32,000 nt of DNA from an uncultured Pelagibacteraceae bacterium (GTDB lineage Bacteria; Pseudomonadota; Alphaproteobacteria; Pelagibacterales; Pelagibacteraceae), in assembly GCA_902541285.1 (NCBI GenBank), contig CACBQD010000006.1, forward strand, positions 1-32,000, written 5' to 3'. Shown one piece after another: positions 1-8,718 of the stretch. The notes under the pieces were generated by a model that did not search any database, was not told the DNA's origin, and saw only the letters and a program-made list of their open reading frames with translations. Each line of letters starts with the position of its first letter. Position 1 is the first letter of the stretch. Position numbers and translations under genes: made by a program.

Positions 1-12
1 AAAGAGGATGTA

Positions 13-1206
13 GTGATACTTAAAATTAATAAAAAAATTAATGTGATTGTAGGAAAAAAAAAAATTTCTGAAAAAGTCCATAAAATTTTTGATCAAAAAA
101 TCATAAATTTTTTAGATTATATATCTCAAGAAATATTTAAGGATAAGAAAAATTTTGAATTTAAAGATTTAGTAACTTTTGCGTTTTGGATTAGAAAAAA
201 AAATATTTTAAAAATTTCACTACAATATAATTTAAAAAATAAAATGTTAGGAAATGGCATCGTTTTTCACTTGTCACCTTCAAACATACCTATGAATTTT
301 GCGTATTCATTGGTTTTTGGATTGCTATCTGGAAATAACAATATCCTTAGACTTCCATCAAAAAAATTCATTCAAACCGAGATACTATGTAATATTTTAA
401 ATAGATCTTTAAAAAAAAAAAAATTCATTTTTTTACAAAATAAAATTTGTCTAATAAGATATGAAAAATCTGACGAAATATCACAGTATTTTTCAAAAAT
501 TGCAGATGCAAGATTAATATGGGGAGGGGATAACACCATTACTCAATTTAAAAAATTTTATACGTCTCCAGGCTGTGTCGATATAACCTTTCCTGATAGA
601 TATTCATTAGCAATTTTGGGAAGTGAGAAAATTATAAATTCAAGTAATTCAGAACTTAATAGGGTTGTAGAAAAATTTTATAATGACTCTTATATAATGG
701 ATCAAAAAGGTTGTTCATCACCTCAAGCAATAGTTTGGTTCGGAAAAAAAAAAAATGAGGCAAAAATAAAATTTTACAAATTTTTTTCGAAAATAATCGA
801 CAAAAAATTTGAATATGATCTAGCAATCACTAATGAAAAAATATCAAATTTATCTGTAATTGCAGCTAGATCAAAAATAAGATTTAAATCACAGTTTGAA
901 AAATTTAATTTAGTAAAAATAAAACTTAAAGAATTTAATACGGAAATAGAAAAAATTAGACCATACAACGGTTCATTTGTAGAAATAGATTTAAAAAAAA
1001 TGGGCGATATAAAAAAAATAATTTCAAAAAAATGTCAGACGATTAGTTTTTTTGGGTTAGATAAAGAGATGATAAACAGATCTATATTAGAAACTGGAGC
1101 TTTGGGAGTTTATAGAATAGTTCCAATAGGAAGATCTTTAGATATGAGTTTTGTTTGGGATGGAAAGGATCTAATTTATTCGCTCTCAAGAATTGTTGCT
1201 GATTAA
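13..1206 (+). CDS. LuxC-family acyl-CoA/acyl-thioester reductase (aldehyde-forming); 5' end uncertain
   Basis: 397-aa ORF. It has LuxC-like hallmarks VFHLSPSNIPMNFAYSLVFGLLSGNNNILRLPSK and a Cys-containing MDQKGCSSPQ. The GTG at 13 is preceded by an SD-like AAGAGGA (2-8), but the frame has no stop back to nt 1, so the gene could begin upstream of the window. Its stop overlaps the next start by 1 nt (TAATG). Confidence 0.6.
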   Translation: MILKINKKINVIVGKKKISEKVHKIFDQKIINFLDYISQEIFKDKKNFEFKDLVTFAFWIRKKNILKISLQYNLKNKMLGNGIVFHLSPSNIPMNFAYSLVFGLLSGNNNILRLPSKKFIQTEILCNILNRSLKKKKFIFLQNKICLIRYEKSDEISQYFSKIADARLIWGGDNTITQFKKFYTSPGCVDITFPDRYSLAILGSEKIINSSNSELNRVVEKFYNDSYIMDQKGCSSPQAIVWFGKKKNEAKIKFYKFFSKIIDKKFEYDLAITNEKISNLSVIAARSKIRFKSQFEKFNLVKIKLKEFNTEIEKIRPYNGSFVEIDLKKMGDIKKIISKKCQTISFFGLDKEMINRSILETGALGVYRIVPIGRSLDMSFVWDGKDLIYSLSRIVAD

Positions 1207-1652
1207 TGAAGAAAATCTATAAAAAATCTCAAATAAAAAATATTTTGAAAATTAATGATCCATTTTTAATGATTGATAAGATAAAAGTAATCCAGATGAA
1301 TAAAATCGCTGAGGGTGAAAAAAAAATAAAAAAAAAAGAATGGTTTTTTAAATCACATTTTTTTAATAATGATCCAGTTATGCCAGGTACTTTGCTAACA
1401 GAAGCAATGCTTCAAACAACTATAGTTAACCTTTATAAAGAAAATAAAAAAATAAAAAAATATTTCATTGTAAAATGTGAAAGCAATTATTTTTTTAAAA
1501 TATCTAAACCATGCACTATTAAAATAATTTCAAAAATAATCTCAAATAAACATGGAGTAATAATTGCAAAAAATTCAGTTTTTTTAAAAGATAAAATAAT
1601 TTCAAACGGTAAATTTAAATATATTGATCCAACAGCATTTAATTTAAACTAA
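1206..1652 (+). CDS. FabZ/FabA-like hotdog-fold 3-hydroxyacyl-thioester dehydratase
   Basis: 148 aa. SHFFNNDPVMPGTLLTEAMLQT matches the FabZ active-site block (HFPxxPVMPGVLxxEAxAQ). It is translationally coupled to the upstream gene. Confidence 0.65.
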   Translation: MKKIYKKSQIKNILKINDPFLMIDKIKVIQMNKIAEGEKKIKKKEWFFKSHFFNNDPVMPGTLLTEAMLQTTIVNLYKENKKIKKYFIVKCESNYFFKISKPCTIKIISKIISNKHGVIIAKNSVFLKDKIISNGKFKYIDPTAFNLN

Positions 1653-1655
1653 ATT

Positions 1656-2663
1656 ATGAAAGATTATAAAAATTTAGAATTATCATCAAAATCTTTAGTT
1701 ATTATAAAGAAAAAAAATACATATACTTATTCACTAAAAAAGTTAATTTTAAAAAATTTGAAAAAAGATGAAGTAATTATTAAAGTAGAATTTAATTCTT
1801 TTAATTATAAAGATATACTAATTGGTAAAGGAAACCCAGGTTTAGTAAGGTCATATCCACATGTACCAGGTATAGATTGCACAGGTAAAATATATTATTC
1901 AAATTCAAAAAAATTTAAATTTGGCGATAAAGTAATGGTTATTGCAAGGCCAGTAGGAATTAATTCTTTTGGAACAATGTCAAATTATTTTGTCGTTTCC
2001 TCTAAATTTGTAGAAAAAATACCTTCAAACATAAATATTAAACTGCCTGTTGTTTTTGGAACAGCTGGATTTACAGCAATGATTGCAATAAATGAGTTAA
2101 AAAATCTAAAAATAAATAAAAAATATCCAATTTTAATTACAGGTGCATCAGGAGGTGTCGGTTTATTTTCAACATTTATTTTAAATAAACTTGGTTATAA
2201 AATTACTGCAGCCACAACAAATATAAAAAAAAATAAAAAAAAATTAAAATTAGTGGGTGCAAATGAGATTATAAATTATGAAGAATTTGATAAAGCCATC
2301 AATCTACCACTATTAAAAAAAAAATACGGCGCAATAATAGATAATTTGGGAGGTAGCATACTTGCAAATAGTATAAAAACTTTACATTTAAACGGCGCTT
2401 TAATTTCAATTGGAAATATTAGAAGCAATCATTCAATAATAAATATTCTTCCTTTCATATTAAGACAAGTAAGAATAGTAGGTATAAATGCTGAAAGTGC
2501 AAATCTTGCAATTAGAAAGAAAATTTGGAAAAATATTTTTAGATATAACAATGATAAAAATTTAATTAATTTATACACTGAATATAAATTTAGTTTGTCC
2601 TCAAAAATTTTTAAAAAACTATTAAAAAATAATTATTCTGGAAGAGTAATTTTTAAAATTTAG
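1656..2663 (+). CDS. YhdH/AcuI-subfamily medium-chain NADPH-dependent enoyl (acrylyl)-CoA-type reductase
   Basis: 335 aa and collinear with E. coli YhdH as I recall it: FNSFNYKD, HVPGIDCTGK, GTAGFTAM, ITGASGGVG, KLGYKITA, LPFILRQVRIVGINA and a C-terminal GRVIFKI. Confidence 0.75.
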   Translation: MKDYKNLELSSKSLVIIKKKNTYTYSLKKLILKNLKKDEVIIKVEFNSFNYKDILIGKGNPGLVRSYPHVPGIDCTGKIYYSNSKKFKFGDKVMVIARPVGINSFGTMSNYFVVSSKFVEKIPSNINIKLPVVFGTAGFTAMIAINELKNLKINKKYPILITGASGGVGLFSTFILNKLGYKITAATTNIKKNKKKLKLVGANEIINYEEFDKAINLPLLKKKYGAIIDNLGGSILANSIKTLHLNGALISIGNIRSNHSIINILPFILRQVRIVGINAESANLAIRKKIWKNIFRYNNDKNLINLYTEYKFSLSSKIFKKLLKNNYSGRVIFKI

Positions 2664-2667
2664 TATT

Positions 2668-4431
2668 TTATTTAGATTTTCTATTTTTTTTTATAATTGA
2701 TGAATTCCAGATATAGTCATGATAGCGATCTATTGACCATGGGAGAATAATTGGTCTAAAATTTACACTAAATTTATTATATTCTTGATAATTTATTCTT
2801 TTCGCAGTCATTAGAGAATAAATTTCATTTTTTAACACATCAGCTTTAGACGCAACAACTAAATTTGATAAAAAACCTTTACTGGCATATAAGCTATTTT
2901 TTGAATTTAGAAAATCGGAATAAACTATACTCTCAGGGGTTTTGTTACGATTTGAAAAAACTTTTTCACCAAAATTCAAGTTTAAATTTGAAAAAATAAT
3001 TATTCCAAAAAATAAAATAAAAAAATTAAATTTATTATAATTATATTTGTTAAATGATTTGATAAGAAGGTATGTGAATAAAGCTGGTAGCACATATAAT
3101 ATATGAGCAACTTGTGAAGTGGTTTTATTGCCAAACATATTTTCATTTCTTAAAAAAATTATAATTAAAAGCGAGAAAATTAAAAAATAAGAAAAAATAT
3201 TATTTTTTTTAAAATTTTTCGTAATTAAATAAAAAGGAATTACAAAAAAATAAATAAAAACAATTAGTATTTTATATAAATCATAATTGATTTTGAGAAA
3301 ATTTATTTTGTAAGCTTCTAAAATATTTTTTAGGTTGGTTTCATTTTTCTCGAAATTTAAAATATATTGACTAGAGTTTGTAATATTTTCTATATTTTGA
3401 GTTATAAAACCTGAAGGTATCCAACCTACTATTAATAAAGATTGAAAATATTCACTTAAGTTAAAAGGATTAAAAAAGGCTATTTTTGAATTAGCAACAG
3501 GTGATTGGACTAATACCCATGTTAATAAATTTAGAAAAACTAAAAAAGATAAAATATAAAATAAAAAATCTTTTCTTATAAACTTATATTTGAAAAAATA
3601 GTAAATTGGGAAAATAAGAAAAATAAAAATTATACCTGGTTTTGTCACAGTAAGTATTAATGCCAAATATGAATTAAATTTAATATTTGGCTCATCGTCA
3701 TTATCAAAATTAAATAAAAAAATAAAAAAAATAATTAAAGAAAAAATGCCAGAAAATGATAACGAATATGAAAAAAAATTTTCAAATACAAACAATAAAA
3801 TTACAAATAATATAAATATTAATATATATTTTATTTTACTCATATTTTTATTAGCCTGGTAAAAGAAAAAACAAATTGCTGTAAGAATACTACATATTAA
3901 AAGGTATCTTGCTTCTAATAGAGAGATTAAATTTAAATCCGAAATTAAAATTGAAGATGCGGTAAGTACAGATGTTGGAAAAAGAGGATGCGCTGTTAAT
4001 CTTGATGGAAAATAAGTAAAATTTTTTATGTTACCTATATAATCAGAATAATAAAGTTCAATTGATGGACTCCAGTATACTACATCATGAGATTCATAAA
4101 CTAAGTTTTTAAAATGAAATTGATGTAATAATAATAGAAAAAAAACATTTATAATTAAAAAAATTATAATTTTTGTTTTATTTTTAATGATGTCTTGTAA
4201 AAAAAAAATGTATTTTTTTTTATAAATAAAAATAAATAAATTTAAAATTAACACTGCGTAAGTGATAAAATATACATAGCCAGGTAAAATTCGAAATAAA
4301 AAAGAGATAGATAATGCAATTGTAAATAAGGCTGTTAAGTATCCAATTACAGTTCTGTTGGTTAAATTATATCCAAAAAATAAAATTAAAAGTTGTGTAA
4401 AGAAATATTGTAAGTAAACATAATTATGCAT
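2668..4431 (-). CDS. Large polytopic integral membrane protein, family unknown (candidate GT-C-type glycosyltransferase or glycan polymerase)
   Basis: 587-aa ORF dominated by many hydrophobic F/I/L-rich segments separated by short polar loops. There is an acidic/aromatic loop (ESHDVVYWSPSIELYYSDY) after the first helices. I recognise no soluble-domain motifs. Confidence 0.55.
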   Translation of the reverse strand: MHNYVYLQYFFTQLLILFFGYNLTNRTVIGYLTALFTIALSISFLFRILPGYVYFITYAVLILNLFIFIYKKKYIFFLQDIIKNKTKIIIFLIINVFFLLLLHQFHFKNLVYESHDVVYWSPSIELYYSDYIGNIKNFTYFPSRLTAHPLFPTSVLTASSILISDLNLISLLEARYLLICSILTAICFFFYQANKNMSKIKYILIFILFVILLFVFENFFSYSLSFSGIFSLIIFFIFLFNFDNDDEPNIKFNSYLALILTVTKPGIIFIFLIFPIYYFFKYKFIRKDFLFYILSFLVFLNLLTWVLVQSPVANSKIAFFNPFNLSEYFQSLLIVGWIPSGFITQNIENITNSSQYILNFEKNETNLKNILEAYKINFLKINYDLYKILIVFIYFFVIPFYLITKNFKKNNIFSYFLIFSLLIIIFLRNENMFGNKTTSQVAHILYVLPALFTYLLIKSFNKYNYNKFNFFILFFGIIIFSNLNLNFGEKVFSNRNKTPESIVYSDFLNSKNSLYASKGFLSNLVVASKADVLKNEIYSLMTAKRINYQEYNKFSVNFRPIILPWSIDRYHDYIWNSSIIKKNRKSK

Positions 4432-4444
4432 AAATTAAGATCTA

Positions 4445-5494
4445 ATGTTGTTAAATACAAAATTTTGGAAAAACAAAAAAGTTTTAATTACTGGCTGTAC
4501 TGGTTTCAGCGGATCATGGCTGATAATTTTTTTAAATATTTTGAGGTCTAGAGTTATTGGATACTCTCTTTCACCACCTTCTAAACCCAATCTTTTTAAT
4601 GTGCTAGGCTTAAAAAATAATATTCGTTTACATAATGGAGACATTAATAATTACAATAACTTAAAAAAAATAATCTATAAAGAAAAACCTGATATTATTT
4701 TTCATTTAGCGGCAAATGCTATTGTATTAGATTGTCATCGAAACCCGATTAAAACTTATAAAACAAATTCATTTGGAGTTTTGAATCTTTTAGAAATATT
4801 AAGACATTACAAAAAAAAAATTACAGTTAATATAATTACATCAGATAAATGCTACACAAATAAACAAAAAAAAAATGCATTATTTAATGAAGAAAGTTCA
4901 TTAGGTGGAGATGATGTTTACAGTGCATCAAAGGCTGTTGCTGAAATAATGGTTAATTCTTATCAAAAATACTTTTCTAATAATATTAAAATTTCAACAA
5001 TACGTAGTGGTAATATAATTGGAGGTGGTGATTGGGGAAAATACAGATTAATCACAGATATTGTTCTTTCTAAGTATAAAAATAAAAAATTTAATATTAG
5101 AAATTTAAATGCAATTAGACCATGGCAACATGTATATGATGTCATTCATGCATATTTATTAATTGCTCAATATACTTATATGACAAATAAATTTCAAAAT
5201 TGGAATGTTGCGCCAAATAATACCAGAATTTCAGTTAAAAAAATATGTTCTTTCTTTTTAAAAAAAAAAGAGTTTAAAATTAAATCTAAATATAAAAATA
5301 ATATAGAAAAAAAATTTTTATTACTTAATAGTAAAAAAATTAGAAAAATTATTAAGTGGAAACCATCTTTCTCGTATAAAGAAATGATGTACGACATTGA
5401 AAAATGGTACCATCTTTATTATAATTCAAAAAACATAAAGCAGCATAGTTATGATACTGCCAAATTATTTTTGAAAAGTATAAAGCTTAAATGA
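4445..5494 (+). CDS. rfbG: CDP-glucose 4,6-dehydratase
   Basis: 349 aa. The N-terminus FWKNKKVLITGCTGFSGSWL is typical of RfbG/DdhB. It has the SDR catalytic YSASK and a PWQHV block. Its stop overlaps the next start (ATGA). Confidence 0.8.
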   Translation: MLLNTKFWKNKKVLITGCTGFSGSWLIIFLNILRSRVIGYSLSPPSKPNLFNVLGLKNNIRLHNGDINNYNNLKKIIYKEKPDIIFHLAANAIVLDCHRNPIKTYKTNSFGVLNLLEILRHYKKKITVNIITSDKCYTNKQKKNALFNEESSLGGDDVYSASKAVAEIMVNSYQKYFSNNIKISTIRSGNIIGGGDWGKYRLITDIVLSKYKNKKFNIRNLNAIRPWQHVYDVIHAYLLIAQYTYMTNKFQNWNVAPNNTRISVKKICSFFLKKKEFKIKSKYKNNIEKKFLLLNSKKIRKIIKWKPSFSYKEMMYDIEKWYHLYYNSKNIKQHSYDTAKLFLKSIKLK

Positions 5495-6237
5495 ATCAAA
5501 ATAATTATAATCAAAATAAAGAATTATTTTTTAAAAAAGGTTACTTTGTAGTTAGAAGTGTAATTAAAAAAAGTACAATTAAAAAATTATTGGTAGAGAT
5601 TTATAAAGCAAAAAATACTGATAAATATACTGACACCAGGGGCAACCTTAGAAGAATTGAAAGACTTTACAACAAAGGTAAAACTTTAAGTGATTTAAAT
5701 CATAAAATCTTATTAATATTAAAAAGAGTTTTTGCAGAAAAATTTGTAATTTTCAAAGATAAATTTAATGCAAAGCCACCAGGTGGTGATGGATTTTATG
5801 CTCATTTTGACGGAGTATTTAAATTTACTAACCAAAAAAATGAAAAAAAAAACGGATGGTATGAGTATACTGATTTTTTTGTAAATTGTTTAATTGCACT
5901 CGATAAATGCAACAAGCGTAATGGATCTATTGAACTTTCAAATTTTCATAAAGGTAGTTTTGAAGATTTATTTAAAAAAACAAAAATGGATGGAACTCCA
6001 GCTTTAAGTGAAAAGACTTTAAAAAAGACAAAGTTTAATCTTATTAATTTAAATGAGGGAGATATGGTTTTTTTTTCAAATAAATGTCCTCATCAGTCCA
6101 AAAAAAATAATACAAATCATAGCAGAAGAATTCTTTACTACACCTATACAAAACTAAAAGACAAATCAAAATATTCACAATATTATAAAGATAAAATAAG
6201 AAGTAAAAATAAACTTAAAGCTTTAGAAGAGAAATAG
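5491..6237 (+). CDS. Phytanoyl-CoA dioxygenase (PhyH)-family Fe(II)/2-oxoglutarate-dependent dioxygenase
   Basis: 248 aa. It has an HxD iron motif (YAHFDG), a distal His (KCPHQS) and a downstream Arg pair (HSRRILYYTY), as in PhyH-type 2OG oxygenases. It shows ATGA coupling to rfbG. Confidence 0.65.
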   Translation: MNQNNYNQNKELFFKKGYFVVRSVIKKSTIKKLLVEIYKAKNTDKYTDTRGNLRRIERLYNKGKTLSDLNHKILLILKRVFAEKFVIFKDKFNAKPPGGDGFYAHFDGVFKFTNQKNEKKNGWYEYTDFFVNCLIALDKCNKRNGSIELSNFHKGSFEDLFKKTKMDGTPALSEKTLKKTKFNLINLNEGDMVFFSNKCPHQSKKNNTNHSRRILYYTYTKLKDKSKYSQYYKDKIRSKNKLKALEEK

Positions 6238-6323
6238 TTTTAAATTTAATTAAAATTTACTTTATTACTGTCAAAAATTTATTATTTTGTATTTATCCAA
6301 TAAATAAATTAAAAACTTAGATA
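6238..6323 (+). promoter_or_regulatory. Possible internal promoter ahead of the pepM-ppd-adh unit
   Basis: An 86-bp gap sits inside an otherwise overlapping or abutting co-directional block. It is the only sizeable spacer upstream of pepM. Confidence 0.25.
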
Positions 6324-7625
6324 ATGAAAAAAAAAACTGTATATGTTGGTTTAGCTGCTGATATTCTCCATAAAGGACATATTAATATTCTTAAAACTGC
6401 CAATAGATATGGAAATGTTATTGTTGGACTTTTGACAGATCAGGCAATTGCAAGTTACAAAAATATTCCTTACTTAAATTATGAAAAAAGGAAAGTTGTA
6501 ATAGAAAATATTAGATATGTAAAAAAAGTAATACCTCAGGATACATTAGATTACATATATAATTTAAAATTAATAAAACCTGATTATGTGGTTCACGGAG
6601 ATGATTGGAAAACAGGTGTTCAAAAAAAAACAAGAGAAAGAGTAATAAAAACATTAAAAAAATGGTCTGGCAAACTAATAGAACCAAAATATACAAAAAA
6701 TATATCATCTACTTTAATCAAGAAAGAAATGAACAATTTAATTTATTCACCAGAAAATAGAGTTTCAAGATTAAAAAGATTGATTAATTCAAAAGAAATT
6801 GTAAGAATTTTAGAGTCTCATAATTCTCTTACCGGATTAATTATTGATAAAATTAATGTTGAAAAAAATAAAAAGGTTGTTGAATTTGATGGAATGTGGT
6901 CATCAAGTTTGACTGACTCTGCAACTAAAGGTCTTCCTGATAATTCCTCACTATCATTTTCTGCTCGGATTGCATCTTTAAACGATATGATGGATGTAAC
7001 AGCTAAACCACTAGTTTTTGACGCAGATAATGGTGGCCAGATAGAACATTTACCATTTTTAGTTAGATCTTTAGAGAGATCAGGGGCATCTGCAATTATT
7101 ATGGAGGATAAAGTAGGTCTTAAAAAAAATTCACTATTCAAAGATCAATCTGGGGCTAAACAAGATAAACCACAACTTTTTGCAAAAAAAATTAAAAAAA
7201 TTTGTAACTCAAGACAGTCACAAGATTTTATGGTTATAGCTAGAATTGAAAGTTTTATAGTGGGTAAAAGTCTAAAAGATGCTTTACACAGGGCAGAAAT
7301 TTACTCAAAAGCTGGAGCAGATGCTATTTTAATACACAGTAAGGAAAAAACACCTGCTCAAATTTTTTCATTTGCTAAAGAATTTAAAAAAAGTAAGAAT
7401 TTTAAACCTTTAGTTTCTGTTCCATCTACATATTCAAAAGTTTATGAAAAAGATTTAATAAAAAATGGCTTTAAATTAGTTATCTATGCCAATCAATTAT
7501 TAAGAGCTGCTTATCCCGCTATGCAAAATACAGCACGAACCATATTAAAAAATAAAAGAGCTTTCGAAGCTGATAAAAAAATTATTTCAATTAAAGAAAT
7601 AATTAATTTAGTTAAAAATGATTAA
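6324..7625 (+). CDS. pepM: Bifunctional HxGH-type cytidylyltransferase / phosphoenolpyruvate phosphomutase
   Basis: 433 aa. Residues 1 to about 135 carry VYVGLAADILHKGHINIL, RYVKKVI and VVHGDDW, as in TagD/ECT/CCT-class cytidylyltransferases. Residues from about 150 to 433 carry ESHNSLTGL, FDGMWSSSLTDSATKGLPD, DADNGGQ and EDKVGLKKNS. The last is an exact EDKX5NS PEP-mutase discriminator. Confidence 0.85.
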   Translation: MKKKTVYVGLAADILHKGHINILKTANRYGNVIVGLLTDQAIASYKNIPYLNYEKRKVVIENIRYVKKVIPQDTLDYIYNLKLIKPDYVVHGDDWKTGVQKKTRERVIKTLKKWSGKLIEPKYTKNISSTLIKKEMNNLIYSPENRVSRLKRLINSKEIVRILESHNSLTGLIIDKINVEKNKKVVEFDGMWSSSLTDSATKGLPDNSSLSFSARIASLNDMMDVTAKPLVFDADNGGQIEHLPFLVRSLERSGASAIIMEDKVGLKKNSLFKDQSGAKQDKPQLFAKKIKKICNSRQSQDFMVIARIESFIVGKSLKDALHRAEIYSKAGADAILIHSKEKTPAQIFSFAKEFKKSKNFKPLVSVPSTYSKVYEKDLIKNGFKLVIYANQLLRAAYPAMQNTARTILKNKRAFEADKKIISIKEIINLVKND

Positions 7626-8718
7626 AGTTACTACTTTAATTAATTTATTAAAAAAAAATGGTATAGATTTTTATACTGGAGTCCCAGACAGTATTTTAAA
7701 GGAACTTTCTTTTTCACTGCAAAGTAAAAATAAAAAAAAACATATTATTGCAACAAATGAAGGCTCAGCCGTCTCAATTGGTATTGGCCATTATCTATCT
7801 ACAAAAAAATTACCTGCTATTTACATGCAAAATTCTGGTTTATCTAATGCTTTAAACCCATTAATCTCAATAGCTCATAAAAAAGTATATTCCATTCCAT
7901 TAATTTTAATAATTGGATGGAGAGGCTCTCCACGAATTAAAGATGAACCTCAACATAATGTAAAAGGTAAAATTACTAAACAAATTTTAAAACTACTTAA
8001 TATAAAATATACCGTTTTACGATCAACTTCTGATTTAAATAAATTTCACAAACAAATTAAAGTAGCGAAAAAAGATAAATCCATAGTAGCTTGCTTAATA
8101 GAGCAGGGCACTCTTGAAAAAAATAAAAAAATTAAAGCAAAAAAGAATTTTTATAATTTAGACAAAGAGTTTTTTTTAAAAAATTTATTAAAGAATATAA
8201 AAAATCAAACAAAGATTATTTCTAGTACAGGATATAATTCAAGAGAATTAATGTATATAAAGGATAAATATAAATTCAAAAATAGTAAAGATTTTTATAT
8301 GGTTGGTGGCATGGGGCATACTTCTTCTGTAGCTCTTGGATATTCTCTGTTCAACAAAAAAAAAATTATTTGTATAGATGGTGACGGATCACTTATAATG
8401 CATTTAGGTTCAATAAAAACAGCAGGAACTTTTGCAAATAAAAATTTTAAATATATTTTGTTAAATAATAATACTCATGATTCTGTGGGTGGCCAAAGCA
8501 CTTACACAAATAATATTGATTTTGAAAAACTTTCGAAAAGTTTAGGATTTAAAAAATTTCATTCTATAAAAAGTAAAAAAAATTTAAATCAAAATATTAA
8601 AAAATTTCTGTACGAAAAAAATTTAGGTTTTTTAGAGGTACAAGTCTCTAAAAGTAAAATAAAAAAACTTCCTAGACCAACAGATTTGATTAAAATAAAA
8701 AATGAATTTATGAGTTAA
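7618..8718 (+). CDS. ppd: Phosphonopyruvate decarboxylase (ThDP-dependent)
   Basis: 366 aa. The N-terminus (GIDFYTGVPDS) is typical of Ppd/sulfopyruvate-decarboxylase-like enzymes. The ThDP motif is GDG-X25-NN (GDGSLIMH...ILLNNNTHDSVGGQ). An 8-nt overlap (ATGATTAA) links it to pepM. Confidence 0.8.
   Translation: MIKVTTLINLLKKNGIDFYTGVPDSILKELSFSLQSKNKKKHIIATNEGSAVSIGIGHYLSTKKLPAIYMQNSGLSNALNPLISIAHKKVYSIPLILIIGWRGSPRIKDEPQHNVKGKITKQILKLLNIKYTVLRSTSDLNKFHKQIKVAKKDKSIVACLIEQGTLEKNKKIKAKKNFYNLDKEFFLKNLLKNIKNQTKIISSTGYNSRELMYIKDKYKFKNSKDFYMVGGMGHTSSVALGYSLFNKKKIICIDGDGSLIMHLGSIKTAGTFANKNFKYILLNNNTHDSVGGQSTYTNNIDFEKLSKSLGFKKFHSIKSKKNLNQNIKKFLYEKNLGFLEVQVSKSKIKKLPRPTDLIKIKNEFMS

Noticed and set aside
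1656-2663. Interpreting the YhdH/AcuI homologue as a DMSP/acrylate-detoxification gene, as AcuI is in some marine bacteria.
   Set aside because: It is translationally packed with a FabZ-like dehydratase and a LuxC-like reductase at the edge of a glycan island. No DMSP-cleavage or demethylation genes are in view, so an acyl-chain-processing role fits the context better. This cannot be excluded without upstream sequence.
2664-2667. Rho-independent terminators at convergent junctions and after operon ends (for example 2664-2667, 10673-10677, 6238-6323, 9823-9892 and 14800-14854).
   Set aside because: The spacers are too short, or they contain only weak A/T palindromes without a GC-containing stem followed by a T tract. 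I could not support any terminator call.
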